A stretch of DNA of 64,000 nucleotides from Thermodesulfobacteriota bacterium (GTDB lineage: Bacteria; Desulfobacterota; Desulfobacteria; Desulfobacterales; SURF-7): the NCBI GenBank assembly GCA_049320885.1, contig JBMORA010000009.1, positions 1 through 64,000 of the forward strand, read 5' to 3'. How positions within the stretch are numbered: the stretch's first letter is position 1; each line of letters begins with the position of its first letter. Of the stretch, positions 1 to 10,173 are shown piece after piece. Below the pieces are notes generated by a model. The model saw only the letters and a list, made by a program, of their open reading frames with translations. It was not told the origin of the DNA and made no database searches. The translations under genes were made by a program, and so were the position numbers.

Positions 1-69
1 GGCCGGCGGTCGCTGCCATATGCGCCGCTTTCAATCGTCTCCCCCACTAGCGGACAAGGAGAAAGCAAC

Positions 70-1233
70 ATGAAAATTCATGAATATCAGGCCAAGGAAT
101 TGTTCCAGCAATACGGCATCCCGGTCCCCCGGGGGACCATGGCCGATTCGCCAGCAGCGGCCGTGGCCGTCGCCGAAACCCTTGGGACCCAGAAAGTCGT
201 CGTGAAAGCCCAGATCCATGCCGGCGGACGGGGTAAGGGCGGCGGGGTCCGTCTGGCGTCCTCCAAGGAAGAAGTCCGGCAGGCCGCCGAAGAGATCCTC
301 GGCATGCAGCTCATCACCCATCAGACCGGTCCCGGCGGGCAGCGGGTGAAAAAGGTGCTGGTGGAGGAAGGTCTGGCGATTCGTCAGGAGTTGTACCTTG
401 GTTTGTTACCCGACCGGGAAACCGCCCGGATCATCCTCATGGCCAGCGAAGCCGGCGGGATGGACATCGAGACCGTCGCCAGGGAGACTCCCGGAAGGAT
501 CATCCGGGTGCTGGTGGACCCGCTGACCGGAATCCAGCCGTATCATTGCCGCGGATTGGCCTTCGGGCTGCATCTGGAGGGACCGGCCATGAAGGCCTTC
601 CTATCCATGCTGCCGAAACTCTACCGTCTCCTGGTGGAAAAGGATTGCTCCCTGGCGGAAATCAACCCGCTGGTCATCACGGCCGACGGCGCCGTCACGG
701 CCCTCGACGCGAAACTCAATTTTGATGACAACGCCCTCTACCGGCATCCGGAAATTGCCGCCTATCGCGACTTGGATGAAGAAGATCCGCTGGAAGTCGA
801 AGCCTCCAAATACCATTTGAACTATATCAATCTGGACGGCAATATCGGCAATATGGTGAACGGCGCGGGCCTTGCCATGGCCACCATGGATATCATCAAA
901 CTGGCCGGCGCGGAACCGGCCAATTTTTTGGATGTGGGCGGCGGCGCCAGCGCGGAAATGGTGGAAAACGGGTTTCGCATCATTCTCAGCGACAAAAAAG
1001 TACGGGGCATCCTGATCAATATTTTCGGGGGCATTCTGCGATGCGACGTGCTGGCCCAGGGGGTGGTCCAGGCCGCCAGAAAAACCGGCATCAATGTTCC
1101 GGTGGTGGTGCGCATGGAGGGGACCAATGTCGAGGAAGGCAGAAGGATTCTGAACGAATCCGGACTGAACCTGCAGACAGCGTTGGATCTGAAGGATGCC
1201 GCTCAAAAAGTGGCCGCCATTGTCAACCACTAA
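70..1233 (+). CDS. sucC: Succinyl-CoA synthetase beta subunit (ADP-forming)
   Basis: MKIHEYQAKELF start, KAQIHAGGRGKGGG, NGAGLAMATMD, NFLDVGGGA, NIFGGI motifs; AAGGAG RBS. Confidence 0.97.
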   Translation: MKIHEYQAKELFQQYGIPVPRGTMADSPAAAVAVAETLGTQKVVVKAQIHAGGRGKGGGVRLASSKEEVRQAAEEILGMQLITHQTGPGGQRVKKVLVEEGLAIRQELYLGLLPDRETARIILMASEAGGMDIETVARETPGRIIRVLVDPLTGIQPYHCRGLAFGLHLEGPAMKAFLSMLPKLYRLLVEKDCSLAEINPLVITADGAVTALDAKLNFDDNALYRHPEIAAYRDLDEEDPLEVEASKYHLNYINLDGNIGNMVNGAGLAMATMDIIKLAGAEPANFLDVGGGASAEMVENGFRIILSDKKVRGILINIFGGILRCDVLAQGVVQAARKTGINVPVVVRMEGTNVEEGRRILNESGLNLQTALDLKDAAQKVAAIVNH

Positions 1234-1284
1234 CGACGCCTTTGCCGCGGCGGAGAAGAACCATATCAGAGAGAGGGATGGAAG

Positions 1285-2178
1285 ATGAGCATATTCGTTG
1301 ATGACCATACACGCCTTCTGGTTCAAGGAATTACCGGGAAAGAAGGACAATTTCATACCCGTCAGTGTGTCCTGTATGGCACCAAGGTGGTGGCCGGAGT
1401 TACGCCGGGAAAGGGCGGACAGGATATGGACGGGATTCCGGTTTTTCATACCGTCCAGGCGGCGGTAGCGGCCACCGGAGCGAATTGCAGCATGATTTTC
1501 GTCCCCCCGGCCCTGGCCGCCGATGCCATCATGGAGGCCGCCGATGCCGGGATCGAGCTTATCGTGGCCATCACCGAGGGCATCCCTGTCATGGATATGT
1601 TCCGCGTCAAAAACTTTCTGGCCGGCGGCGCCTCCCGGCTCATCGGCCCCAACTGTCCGGGCATCATCACACCGGGTAAAGCCAAAATCGGCATCATGCC
1701 GGGCCCCATTCATCTTCCGGGGGGACCCATCGGCGTCGTGTCCCGCTCCGGCACCCTGACCTACGAGGTGGTTCATCAACTCACCCGCCAGGGAATCGGA
1801 CAGACCACCTGTATCGGCATCGGCGGCGATCCGGTGAACGGCACCAATTTCATCGATTGTCTTGCGGCGTTTGAGGCCGACCCGGAAACCAAAGGGATCG
1901 TCATGGTGGGAGAAATCGGCGGCAACGCCGAGGAAAAAGCCGCGCGGTATATCGCCGAGGAGATGACCAAGCCGGTGGTGGGCTTCATTGCCGGTCTCAC
2001 CGCGCCGCCCGGCAGACGGATGGGCCATGCCGGCGCCATTGTCAGCGGTGGCAGCGGCACGGCCATGGGAAAAATGGAGGCCATGCAGGCCGCAGGTATT
2101 CATGTCTGCCGGGATCTCGGCACGTTGGGGCAGCTCTGCGCCGATGTTTTTTCCGGAAAGGCTGAACACCATGCATGA
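1285..2178 (+). CDS. sucD: Succinyl-CoA synthetase alpha subunit
   Basis: [41 protein letters not shown] phospho-His motif. Confidence 0.97.
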   Translation: MSIFVDDHTRLLVQGITGKEGQFHTRQCVLYGTKVVAGVTPGKGGQDMDGIPVFHTVQAAVAATGANCSMIFVPPALAADAIMEAADAGIELIVAITEGIPVMDMFRVKNFLAGGASRLIGPNCPGIITPGKAKIGIMPGPIHLPGGPIGVVSRSGTLTYEVVHQLTRQGIGQTTCIGIGGDPVNGTNFIDCLAAFEADPETKGIVMVGEIGGNAEEKAARYIAEEMTKPVVGFIAGLTAPPGRRMGHAGAIVSGGSGTAMGKMEAMQAAGIHVCRDLGTLGQLCADVFSGKAEHHA

Positions 2179-2518
2179 AATGGGTATAGCCATGCAATTG
2201 ATCGAGATCGCGTCCGCCGCCATCCCCCCCGAAATGGCGGGGGTTTCCATCGGTCGCGTCAATCTGAGGATCGGCAAGCTGTCGGCGGTGGTGCCGGACA
2301 GCCTGCGGTTTTGTTTCGAAATGGCCGCCAAGGAAACGGCTCTTGATGGCGCGGAATTGCATATCGAGGAAATTCCGGTGCGGGCGCGTTGCCGGGCCTG
2401 CGGGGCTGAATGGACCATCACCGGTCCGGCCTTTCGGTGCGAGGCCTGCGCCTCCGGCGATATCGATATTCTTTCCGGGCGGGAGCTGGATATTGTTTCA
2501 CTGGAAGTGGCGGAGTGA
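2171..2518 (+). CDS. hypA: Hydrogenase maturation nickel metallochaperone HypA
   Basis: True start at ATG 2171 (MHEMGIA), overlaps the sucD stop; CRAC and CEAC Zn motifs; SGREL C-terminus. Confidence 0.95.
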   Translation: MHEMGIAMQLIEIASAAIPPEMAGVSIGRVNLRIGKLSAVVPDSLRFCFEMAAKETALDGAELHIEEIPVRARCRACGAEWTITGPAFRCEACASGDIDILSGRELDIVSLEVAE

Positions 2519-2533
2519 GGCGTCTGTGATCCG

Positions 2534-4738
2534 TCAGGCGACGTCCGTGACCGCCGGCGCGCTCGCCACGCGGTTGCGGCCTTCGGTTTTCGCCTGATGC
2601 AATGCGGCGTCGGCGGCGTTCAGGGTGTTGTCCACTTCCGGACCGTGCAGGGGATAAGCCGCCACTCCCATGGATACGGTGATGGTATAGATCCGGCCTT
2701 GCCGGTGAATCATCAGGGCGGTCTCGATCTTTTTCCGCAGGTCCTCGGCGCGCAGCCGGGCGTTTTCCAGACTGGTTTCCGGCAGTATCAAAACGAATTC
2801 CTCTCCTCCGTACCGGCAGACGATGTCCTCCTGGCGGATGCAGTTTTTCAGAAAATTGGCCAATTCGCAGAGCACCATGTCGCCGATTTCATGGCTGTAC
2901 TGGTCGTTGAACCGCTTGAAATGGTCCACATCCACCATGATGATGCCCAGGGAGGTTCCATGGCGCTGGGCGCGCCGGCCCTCGAATTGAAGGGTCTCGG
3001 TCATATGCCGGCGGTTGTATAGCCCGGTGAGCGGATCATGAATGGACTGTATCCTCAAGGTCTCCCGCAGTCGCAGGTTCATCAGCGGCGGCGCATAATG
3101 CTCCAGCAGGCTCACCACCAGCAGTTGTTTGGCTTCCAAGTCCTCGGCGAGCTTGTCTTCCGGACATTCGTTGTCTTTACGGCCGAACCGCAGATGGATG
3201 ATGCCGAGCAATTCCCCCTGGGCGATCATGGGCGCGCATAAATAGCAGCACTGCCGGAAATCCGCAAGGTGGGGACAGATGGGATCCACCTCCGGGTTTT
3301 TGACCAGATGCAGGCTTCCCATGCGGATGGCCCAGCACTGATTGGTGCCGAATTCGTTGTCCCCGGGCGCGTCGTCCCCCCAGGAAGCCACGGTGACGAC
3401 GGTTTTGCGCGTTTTATGATAAATGCCGAGATACCCGGAATTGTCCGGAAACAGCTTGCGGCAAAACCTTTCCACGATGGCATAGGTTTCCTCTTCCTTG
3501 TCGCAGGCCTGCAACAGATCGCCGATCTGGTTGAACAGCATGGTCTGGCTGGTGCGCAGTTCCAGTTCCCCCACCGTATGCCGGAGCTTCTGGTTGGCCC
3601 TGCGCAGTTCGGATGTGCGCTCGGCGATCTGGTCCTCCAGGCGTTCCTGGTATTTTTTCAGTTCTTCTTCCGCCTCGATCCGTTCGGCGATATGGTCGGT
3701 GGCGGTGGCCACCAGCGCATCGAACAGACCGATCATGCTCTGAATTTCGTTGCCTTTGTCCTGTTTCAGGTCGATGCCGGAAATGTTGCGGACCGTGTCC
3801 CTGGCCTTGCGCTGCAAGCTTTTCAAGGGTCTGATCATGTGGATGGTGAACAAAATACCCAGGGAAACCGCTATCACAAGAATGATGCCGGAGAATTTGA
3901 TGATATGCGTTTTATTCTCCTGAATGAGGTCGTGGGAATCCCTGGTGTCGATTTCCACCATGACGCTGAACAATTTTTCCGTCACCTCCATGGGGGAAAA
4001 CTGCATGACCTTGAATTCCGAGGGCTGGTCGATACGGATGGATTTGATTTCCCGGATGCTCTCCCGCATGGCGTCGTGGATCACATCGGTTCGTTTTTCG
4101 AACGGCAGGGAACTGGCGATGATGCCTTCCAGCGCGCCGAATGCCACGTGCCCTTCGGTCTCAGCGGCGATGATTTTGGCAAAATCGTCGTTCAGGAAAG
4201 TGCCGACCATGAGGATCCCGGCCTGGGGCCCCTGGGCCGGATCGAGCAATGCCATGGAGATCAGCGCCCACGTGTCGCCGATACGGACGGCTGTCCGCAA
4301 GCAGGGTTGCCGGTCGGCTTTTTCCAGTTCCGGGAAGGCCACCGTTTCCCCGGGCAAATACGGTCTGTTGGCGCAATAAATGATCCGTCCGTCGGTTTCG
4401 ATTACCTGAAACAGGTCGATATGAGCCTGGAGGAAAATGTCATCCATGGCTTTTTTCAACGGCGTGATATCCCCGGACGACAAATGGAAGTGCGTCAATC
4501 CTTCGAGCAGATCCCGGTGCTTCTTGAGGGCGACCGTAAGCACATGGAGTCTGTCTTCTTCCCTTTCGATCAGGCTTTCCACCACATAATAAATATCCTC
4601 GGCTTTGCTGTTTTCCTTGGTCGACAGGGCGTCGCCGATGGCTTTGATCTGGGCGATGTAAAAAGAGAGGGTGATGCTGATCACGATGAAAAGAATCATG
4701 CCGATGATGGGGAACGCGATGCTGAGCTTCCGGAACAT
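2534..4738 (-). CDS. Membrane sensor diguanylate cyclase (periplasmic sensor, HAMP-like, GAF, GGDEF)
   Basis: Two TM segments, CWAIR GAF-type segment, DPLTGLYNRR, DVDHFK, RQED I-site and GGEEF; ATG 4738 preceded by AGGAGA. Confidence 0.92.
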   Translation of the reverse strand: MFRKLSIAFPIIGMILFIVISITLSFYIAQIKAIGDALSTKENSKAEDIYYVVESLIEREEDRLHVLTVALKKHRDLLEGLTHFHLSSGDITPLKKAMDDIFLQAHIDLFQVIETDGRIIYCANRPYLPGETVAFPELEKADRQPCLRTAVRIGDTWALISMALLDPAQGPQAGILMVGTFLNDDFAKIIAAETEGHVAFGALEGIIASSLPFEKRTDVIHDAMRESIREIKSIRIDQPSEFKVMQFSPMEVTEKLFSVMVEIDTRDSHDLIQENKTHIIKFSGIILVIAVSLGILFTIHMIRPLKSLQRKARDTVRNISGIDLKQDKGNEIQSMIGLFDALVATATDHIAERIEAEEELKKYQERLEDQIAERTSELRRANQKLRHTVGELELRTSQTMLFNQIGDLLQACDKEEETYAIVERFCRKLFPDNSGYLGIYHKTRKTVVTVASWGDDAPGDNEFGTNQCWAIRMGSLHLVKNPEVDPICPHLADFRQCCYLCAPMIAQGELLGIIHLRFGRKDNECPEDKLAEDLEAKQLLVVSLLEHYAPPLMNLRLRETLRIQSIHDPLTGLYNRRHMTETLQFEGRRAQRHGTSLGIIMVDVDHFKRFNDQYSHEIGDMVLCELANFLKNCIRQEDIVCRYGGEEFVLILPETSLENARLRAEDLRKKIETALMIHRQGRIYTITVSMGVAAYPLHGPEVDNTLNAADAALHQAKTEGRNRVASAPAVTDVA

Positions 4739-4988
4739 TCCGTCTCTCCTGTCGAACCTGTGGTGGACATCAGGATCATCTGCTACCATATTGACGGTGC
4801 GATTGCAAACCACCTTTCAATTCAAAACAGGAAGATGACTTGACCGGCCGCTGTTTTGGGGTTAGTTTATCCTTGCGTCTCGCGATGGGGCTTGAGGCGG
4901 CATGTCATGACCATCAATTCCGCAAAACATCCGTTATTTCAGGCGAGCCGTCGGCTGTCGGACAATGCCGTCGGAACAGGAGGGGAAA

Positions 4989-5828
4989 ATGGATATCGGG
5001 GAACCAAAAATTACCGGGGAGCAGATTCTCCGCTTGACGGACGAGCGCTTCCGCCCGGATACGGTTTGCATCGTTACCGGAGCCGGAACCGGGATCGGGC
5101 GGGCCACGGCGGTTGCCGCGGCGGCCAACGGCATGACCACGGTGGGGCTTGACATCAATGCGGCCGAAGGGGAAAGAACCGCGGAAATGGCCTCGGCCTT
5201 AGGGGGGCGCATGGTTTTCATCCGTACGGATCTGTCCCGGGACGAAGAGATCGAGTCCGCCGTAACGGAGGCCGCAAAGATCGGCGGGATCCGGTTTCTG
5301 GCGAATATCGCCGGAATGCAGCACATCGACGCCATTGAAAACTTTCCGATGGAAAAATATGACCTCATGCAACGGGTCATGCTCCGGGCGCCGTTTCTGC
5401 TTTCCAAGCTGGTGATTCCCAGAATCCGGAACACTCCGGACGGAACCGGGGCCATCGGCAACATGGGGTCCGTGCACGCCCACATCTGTACGGTCAACAA
5501 GCCGGTGTACAATATCACTAAGTTCGGTCTGCGGGCTCTCAGCCAGTCCATTTCCGCCGAAGGCGGCGGGAAAATCCGTTCCTTCACGGTCAGCACCGGT
5601 TTTGTAAAAACCCCCCTGGCCCTGAACCAGATTCCGGCCCAGGCCCAGCAGCGGGGTATCACTCCCGAGGAAGTCATCCGGGATGTCATGCTGGGAAAAT
5701 CCCGCGTCAAGGAAATGATGACGCCCATCGACGTGGCCAATTTATTCATTTTCGGCTTTTCCCGCTTTTCCGCATATCTCGTGGGCGGGGATCTGCTGTT
5801 CGACGGCGGCATGGTGAAAACCTACTGA
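4989..5828 (+). CDS. SDR oxidoreductase, 3-hydroxybutyrate dehydrogenase-like
   Basis: TGAGTGIG Rossmann motif, NIAGMQHI..IENFP, YNITK catalytic motif. Confidence 0.85.
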   Translation: MDIGEPKITGEQILRLTDERFRPDTVCIVTGAGTGIGRATAVAAAANGMTTVGLDINAAEGERTAEMASALGGRMVFIRTDLSRDEEIESAVTEAAKIGGIRFLANIAGMQHIDAIENFPMEKYDLMQRVMLRAPFLLSKLVIPRIRNTPDGTGAIGNMGSVHAHICTVNKPVYNITKFGLRALSQSISAEGGGKIRSFTVSTGFVKTPLALNQIPAQAQQRGITPEEVIRDVMLGKSRVKEMMTPIDVANLFIFGFSRFSAYLVGGDLLFDGGMVKTY

Positions 5829-5865
5829 ACGATTTTTCCCGCCATGTCGGGAAAGTGAAAACAGC

Positions 5866-7074
5866 CTAGGCACGGCGGCCCCAGGCGGCGTAGACGGGAT
5901 CGGACATCCACAATGTTCCATAGTATTTGTCATCCTCCGGCCGCGGCAGGCCGCGCATGGAATACGTTTCCAGGCCGTGGAACCGGCCCTGGTCCAAAAA
6001 ATATTCCATCACCAGCCCCAGGCGCTCGAACTCGTGAATTTCCCGCCAGACTTTCACGGCTTTGGTTGGAAACCAGCGATTGGAAAACGTCATCACCACC
6101 AGCCCTTCGGGTTTCAGCACCCGGGCGATTTCGGCGAAGACCTGATGCGGGTGGACCAGGTATTCCACGGAAACGGTACACAAGACCGCATCGAATTCTG
6201 CCGCCGCAAACGGAAGCGTGGGGGTGGCATTCAGGTCTCGGGTCACCCGCTGGCTCAATCGCGGGTTGGCCGCCAACTCCTCTTGATTCAGGCCCAGCCC
6301 GACGACTCTTCCCGGTTTCAGATCCGTGGGAAGATGCGACTCCCAGCTCGCCATCAGGTCCAGTACCTGCATTCCTGGTTTCAGCAGCCGGCTGTACAGC
6401 TCCCGGATGACTTCCCGCGCCCGGGCGTCGACGTGTTGCACGAAGCGTGGTTTTTCATAAAAATCGCCGTCGGCGGACGGATCATCCCGCAGGAAGGCGT
6501 CCGGATCGAAAAATTCCGTGGGAAGCCCGTTCCAGCGCACCTGCATACCGGGTCCGTCCATGAGTCGTTCCACCCAATCGTGGCACACCCCTCCACGTTC
6601 TTTGGTTTTGGGCCATATGTCGCGGACAATCGCCTTGATTGTCAGCTCCCGGCCGGCCAGCGGATGGTTGAAATCCACGGTGATGCCGTTTTCGGAAATC
6701 CGGCCGCACCGGAAAGGTTCCATGTTCGCCGGAAATACATTGGGTATGTCCTTCAGGACCCCCTTGGGATAAAAACGGCCGGCGCGGGGGACCAATACAT
6801 GGCCGTCTCCGAAGCGCCGCTGGAATTGGGCCGGTTTGATGGTAAAAACCCCGTTTGGGCTTCGCCGGAGACTCGGGGTTTCATCCGGAGTGCATGGCAG
6901 CGTAACCACATCCCCGATCCTGGCCCCCATCAGGGCGTCATGAAATCCTTTCGGAAAACAATCCCGCCAGATATTGACCTCCTGGCCGAAGAACCCTTCC
7001 GTATGTTTGGCGTATTCGCTTTCCCACTCCAAACGAAACTCTATATGGGCCATGGTGTTGTCTGTTATGTTCAT
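5866..7074 (-). CDS. SlyD/FKBP-like N-terminal domain fused to class I SAM-dependent methyltransferase
   Basis: VDFNHPLAG (SlyD signature); FYEKPRFVQHVD, VLDLMASW, FSNRWFPTK methyltransferase-11-type motifs. Confidence 0.8.
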   Translation of the reverse strand: MNITDNTMAHIEFRLEWESEYAKHTEGFFGQEVNIWRDCFPKGFHDALMGARIGDVVTLPCTPDETPSLRRSPNGVFTIKPAQFQRRFGDGHVLVPRAGRFYPKGVLKDIPNVFPANMEPFRCGRISENGITVDFNHPLAGRELTIKAIVRDIWPKTKERGGVCHDWVERLMDGPGMQVRWNGLPTEFFDPDAFLRDDPSADGDFYEKPRFVQHVDARAREVIRELYSRLLKPGMQVLDLMASWESHLPTDLKPGRVVGLGLNQEELAANPRLSQRVTRDLNATPTLPFAAAEFDAVLCTVSVEYLVHPHQVFAEIARVLKPEGLVVMTFSNRWFPTKAVKVWREIHEFERLGLVMEYFLDQGRFHGLETYSMRGLPRPEDDKYYGTLWMSDPVYAAWGRRA

Positions 7075-7257
7075 TGGCTCCTCCTGTCATTGAAGATGCT
7101 GACGCCGGCTGCGCCCCCCCGGATCACACCCGCGCTTCACAAACTAGGGCAGAAATCCGACCGGGGCAACAAGAGAATTGTCGGGTTATATTTGTAGTAA
7201 AAACCTATGGTCTTGGAGGGGCGGCCGCCAAAAAGGCAAGGGATTCGACACCCGGGC

Positions 7258-8145
7258 TCAGGACATGGACATCAGATAGGACTGCAGGTTGGTCTTGCGA
7301 TTGTTCAGACCGAGTTTCTTGCGGATATTCTTGCGGTGGAAATCGATTGCATTGGTGGAAACATTCAACATTTCCGCCATTTCCTTTGTGTTGCGTCCCG
7401 CCTTGACCAGGGCGGCCACCTGGATTTCCTGGGGGGTCAGCCGCAGGTTCAGGGTGGACATCTTCTGCAGAAACGGCGAAATGATATCCATGAGATGGGA
7501 TTCCATTATTTCCAGATACATCCGTTGCCGGGCGTCCAAACGGGTTTGCTTGAGTTTCTCCACATGGGCCAGCACCAGTCGTTTGACATTGATGACGATT
7601 TTTTCCTCGATTTCCTGTTTGTCCTCCTCTCGGTGCCTGAGCAGCACTTTCAAGGCGGTATTAGCCTCCTCCAGATCCTGGGTTTTCAGGCGCAACTCCA
7701 TTTCCCGCCGGCGGATGGTCTCTTCGGCCAGTTTCAAAGGGGTGATGTTTTCATGACTGATCACCAAAAAATGGGGTCCCGGCACCGGGATACGCGTTAC
7801 CCGCATGTAAAACCACATTTGTTCCGCGGGGCTGTGACACGGATACTCCATGGCGAATTCGGCCAGGTCGCCACGGATCACTTCGCGGATTCCCCGGGCG
7901 GCGTTCCGGGAGTGTTCCGCTTCCACCCCTGTCGCCGCATCGCAAACCTCCAGATAATTGATCCGCCGGTTTTCCAGGGAAGACCCAAGGCCGTTTTTCA
8001 CCCCGAATTGCCGCCACGCCAGGTTGGTTTCCAGAATGACGCCATGCCGGTCCAGGATGGCGATGTGGGCCGAAAGCGCGTTCAGAATGGTGCGATCAAA
8101 GGGGCCGATGGAAATGTGGTCCGCGGTCATATGTTTCCCTTTCAA
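7258..8145 (-). CDS. PAS-domain LuxR-family transcriptional regulator
   Basis: PAS ([11 protein letters not shown]), coiled coil, LTPQEIQVA...[11 protein letters not shown]uxR HTH. Confidence 0.9.
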   Translation of the reverse strand: MKGKHMTADHISIGPFDRTILNALSAHIAILDRHGVILETNLAWRQFGVKNGLGSSLENRRINYLEVCDAATGVEAEHSRNAARGIREVIRGDLAEFAMEYPCHSPAEQMWFYMRVTRIPVPGPHFLVISHENITPLKLAEETIRRREMELRLKTQDLEEANTALKVLLRHREEDKQEIEEKIVINVKRLVLAHVEKLKQTRLDARQRMYLEIMESHLMDIISPFLQKMSTLNLRLTPQEIQVAALVKAGRNTKEMAEMLNVSTNAIDFHRKNIRKKLGLNNRKTNLQSYLMSMS

Positions 8146-8203
8146 TCCGGCCTTGGCAACAACGGGGAAAGAGACAGAATTGCCGCCGCACCGGAAACAT
8201 CCG

Positions 8204-9058
8204 TCACCGCAAAAAGTCCATAAGAATGTCGCCGGTTTCGGCCGGCTGCTCCATGGGTATCAAATGCCCCGCACCCCGGACAAGGAAATACCGGGCCCCG
8301 GGAATCAGTTCGGTTGCCATTTTCAGATCGATGAAGAGGCTGTTTTCACTGGTTTCGCCTTCCAGAATCAACGTCGGGCAGGCGATTTTCGGCAGCAGCG
8401 GCCAGGGGTCGAACTGCATGCTGCCCATGAACAGGGAGGCTTCTCGATGAGGCGAACAGGTCAGCGAGAAGCCCTCGGCGTCGTTGCCCGTGATTCCGTG
8501 GGTGATGTAAAGGGAAAGCACTTCGCTGTCCCATGTTTGGAAAAATTTTTTGGTTTTGAAATCTTCTTCCACCTCGGCTCGGGTGCTCCATTGGTTGCGT
8601 CTTTTCACTGCTTTTGATGCCAGGGGATGCTGGTTCACTGAAATGTGTTCCCGGTAAAAATCCCGGGGAAGCAATATCGGCTCGATCAGGACCAGCTTGC
8701 CTGCCGGTTGTCCATGGTAGGTATGGGCCAGGGCGATGACCGTGGCCCCCATGGAATGCCCGATACAAAACGGTTTTTCCAGGTTCAGCGCCTGACAGAA
8801 TTGTTTCAGATCCTCAGCCAGGCCAAGCCAGCCGAGGCCGCCCGCGTTGGCATCTGCTTGGCGGTGATCGCAGAAATACGGGGCGATCACGCGATAAGTG
8901 GCGGATAATTTCCTGGCGATGGGATGCCACAACCATGGTAGAAAACCGGTGGCGTGAAGCATCACCAGCGGGTGGCCGTCACCGCCATAGTCAAGATATT
9001 GAATTTCCGAATCACCGATGTCCTGTCGGCTCACAGCCGGCGGCCTTGTCGTCATCAA
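8204..9058 (-). CDS. Alpha/beta hydrolase
   Basis: LHATGF, GHSMG nucleophile elbow, GAGHLIPME. Confidence 0.9.
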   Translation of the reverse strand: MMTTRPPAVSRQDIGDSEIQYLDYGGDGHPLVMLHATGFLPWLWHPIARKLSATYRVIAPYFCDHRQADANAGGLGWLGLAEDLKQFCQALNLEKPFCIGHSMGATVIALAHTYHGQPAGKLVLIEPILLPRDFYREHISVNQHPLASKAVKRRNQWSTRAEVEEDFKTKKFFQTWDSEVLSLYITHGITGNDAEGFSLTCSPHREASLFMGSMQFDPWPLLPKIACPTLILEGETSENSLFIDLKMATELIPGARYFLVRGAGHLIPMEQPAETGDILMDFLR

Positions 9059-9741
9059 GCATTCTCCGATGGTTGAATTACCGAAACAGACGACCGGGCG
9101 GCCGTCTTCCGTTACATATCAGATCATGCTTACCGCAAATGACGGTTTCCTGTCAATTGACGAACCCTGGTTTTCAGTTGTTCGCAACAGGATGTTTTTT
9201 CCCGTTCCACAGCGGCCCAGGGGACGGTTTCATAAGGCCGTGACCATCCTCGGTCTTGTAGTCAGCGCGTGCTGGATAATCATGCATATCGCGTTTTCGT
9301 GCCGGTTTTTATTCTCTCTGCGAAACTCGTCCCGTCATGATATTCAAGGCGTCATTAATTTCGTCGGATCCGGTGCATTTTTACTTGACTTTTATCATCA
9401 TCTTCAATATGGGATTCTACTAATGTCATATATGAGGAAAGCAGCCGACTACACCCAGCAATAAGCCCCCATCGTGGATATGACGCAGGAATTAACCGCG
9501 GAAAACCGGGTGGATCGGAATAAACCATCAGGCGCATTGAACTACATGCGCCCTTGAATGCGTGTTATAAAAGACGATTTGTCCTGAAACAGCATCGTAT
9601 GCCGAAAAAACCGCGAAAACGCGAAATCAATGACGGTCGCTGTGTTGCCGTCATTTGGGTGTTCGATTTCATCCAAGAGCGCATCTGTGAAAAACCATAT
9701 GCGGAAAAGCGTTACCAACGAAGATGAAGGAGGCGTTCACT

Positions 9742-9948
9742 ATGGCAGAAGGGATCGTAAAATGGTTCAATGACAAAAAAGGCTATGGATTCATCGAGCA
9801 GGAAGAGGGCGGGGATGTGTTCGTGCATCATTCGGCCATCAATATGCCGGGATTTCGATCCCTCAACGAGGGGGAGAAGGTCTGTTTTGAAATCGAAAAA
9901 GGCAACAAAGGGCCGGCGGCAAAGAATGTCGAGCGTGTTTCCGTATAA
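9742..9948 (+). CDS. csp: Cold-shock protein
   Basis: [15 protein letters not shown] and [12 protein letters not shown] motifs; AAGGAGG RBS before ATG 9742. Confidence 0.97.
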   Translation: MAEGIVKWFNDKKGYGFIEQEEGGDVFVHHSAINMPGFRSLNEGEKVCFEIEKGNKGPAAKNVERVSV

Positions 9949-9976
9949 CCGCTGGCCGCACAAACACTCGAACAAG

Positions 9977-10173
9977 CCCAATCGGAAAGCCCCACGGGCT
10001 ATGGGGTGAATTCGGCTTCCGGGTGCGCGCCACCTCACCCGGAAGCACTGCTTTCTTTGCCTGCAGTCCTTCCCCAAGGTAGGTACCCGGTAGCCCTGTA
10101 AGGAGCGTCTGGTGGATTCCCGCCCAGGTGGCTCCGGCCCTCCAGTCTTGAAAAACCAGCTTTCCGATTTGGG
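9977..10173. mobile_element. Putative MITE or structured intergenic element bounded by inverted repeats
   Basis: CCCAATCGGAAAGC (9977-9990) versus GCTTTCCGATTTGGG (10159-10173), one-nt bulge; internal 11-bp perfect hairpin 10015-10046; no TSD evident. Confidence 0.45.

Noticed and set aside
601..2421. 606-aa antisense ORF over sucCD/hypA
   Set aside because: Shadow ORF from GC-rich codon bias opposite well-conserved genes; no motifs
10015..10145. SRP RNA, c-di-GMP riboswitch or tRNA-Sec identity for the structured element
   Set aside because: The diagnostic motifs of these RNAs were not found on either strand
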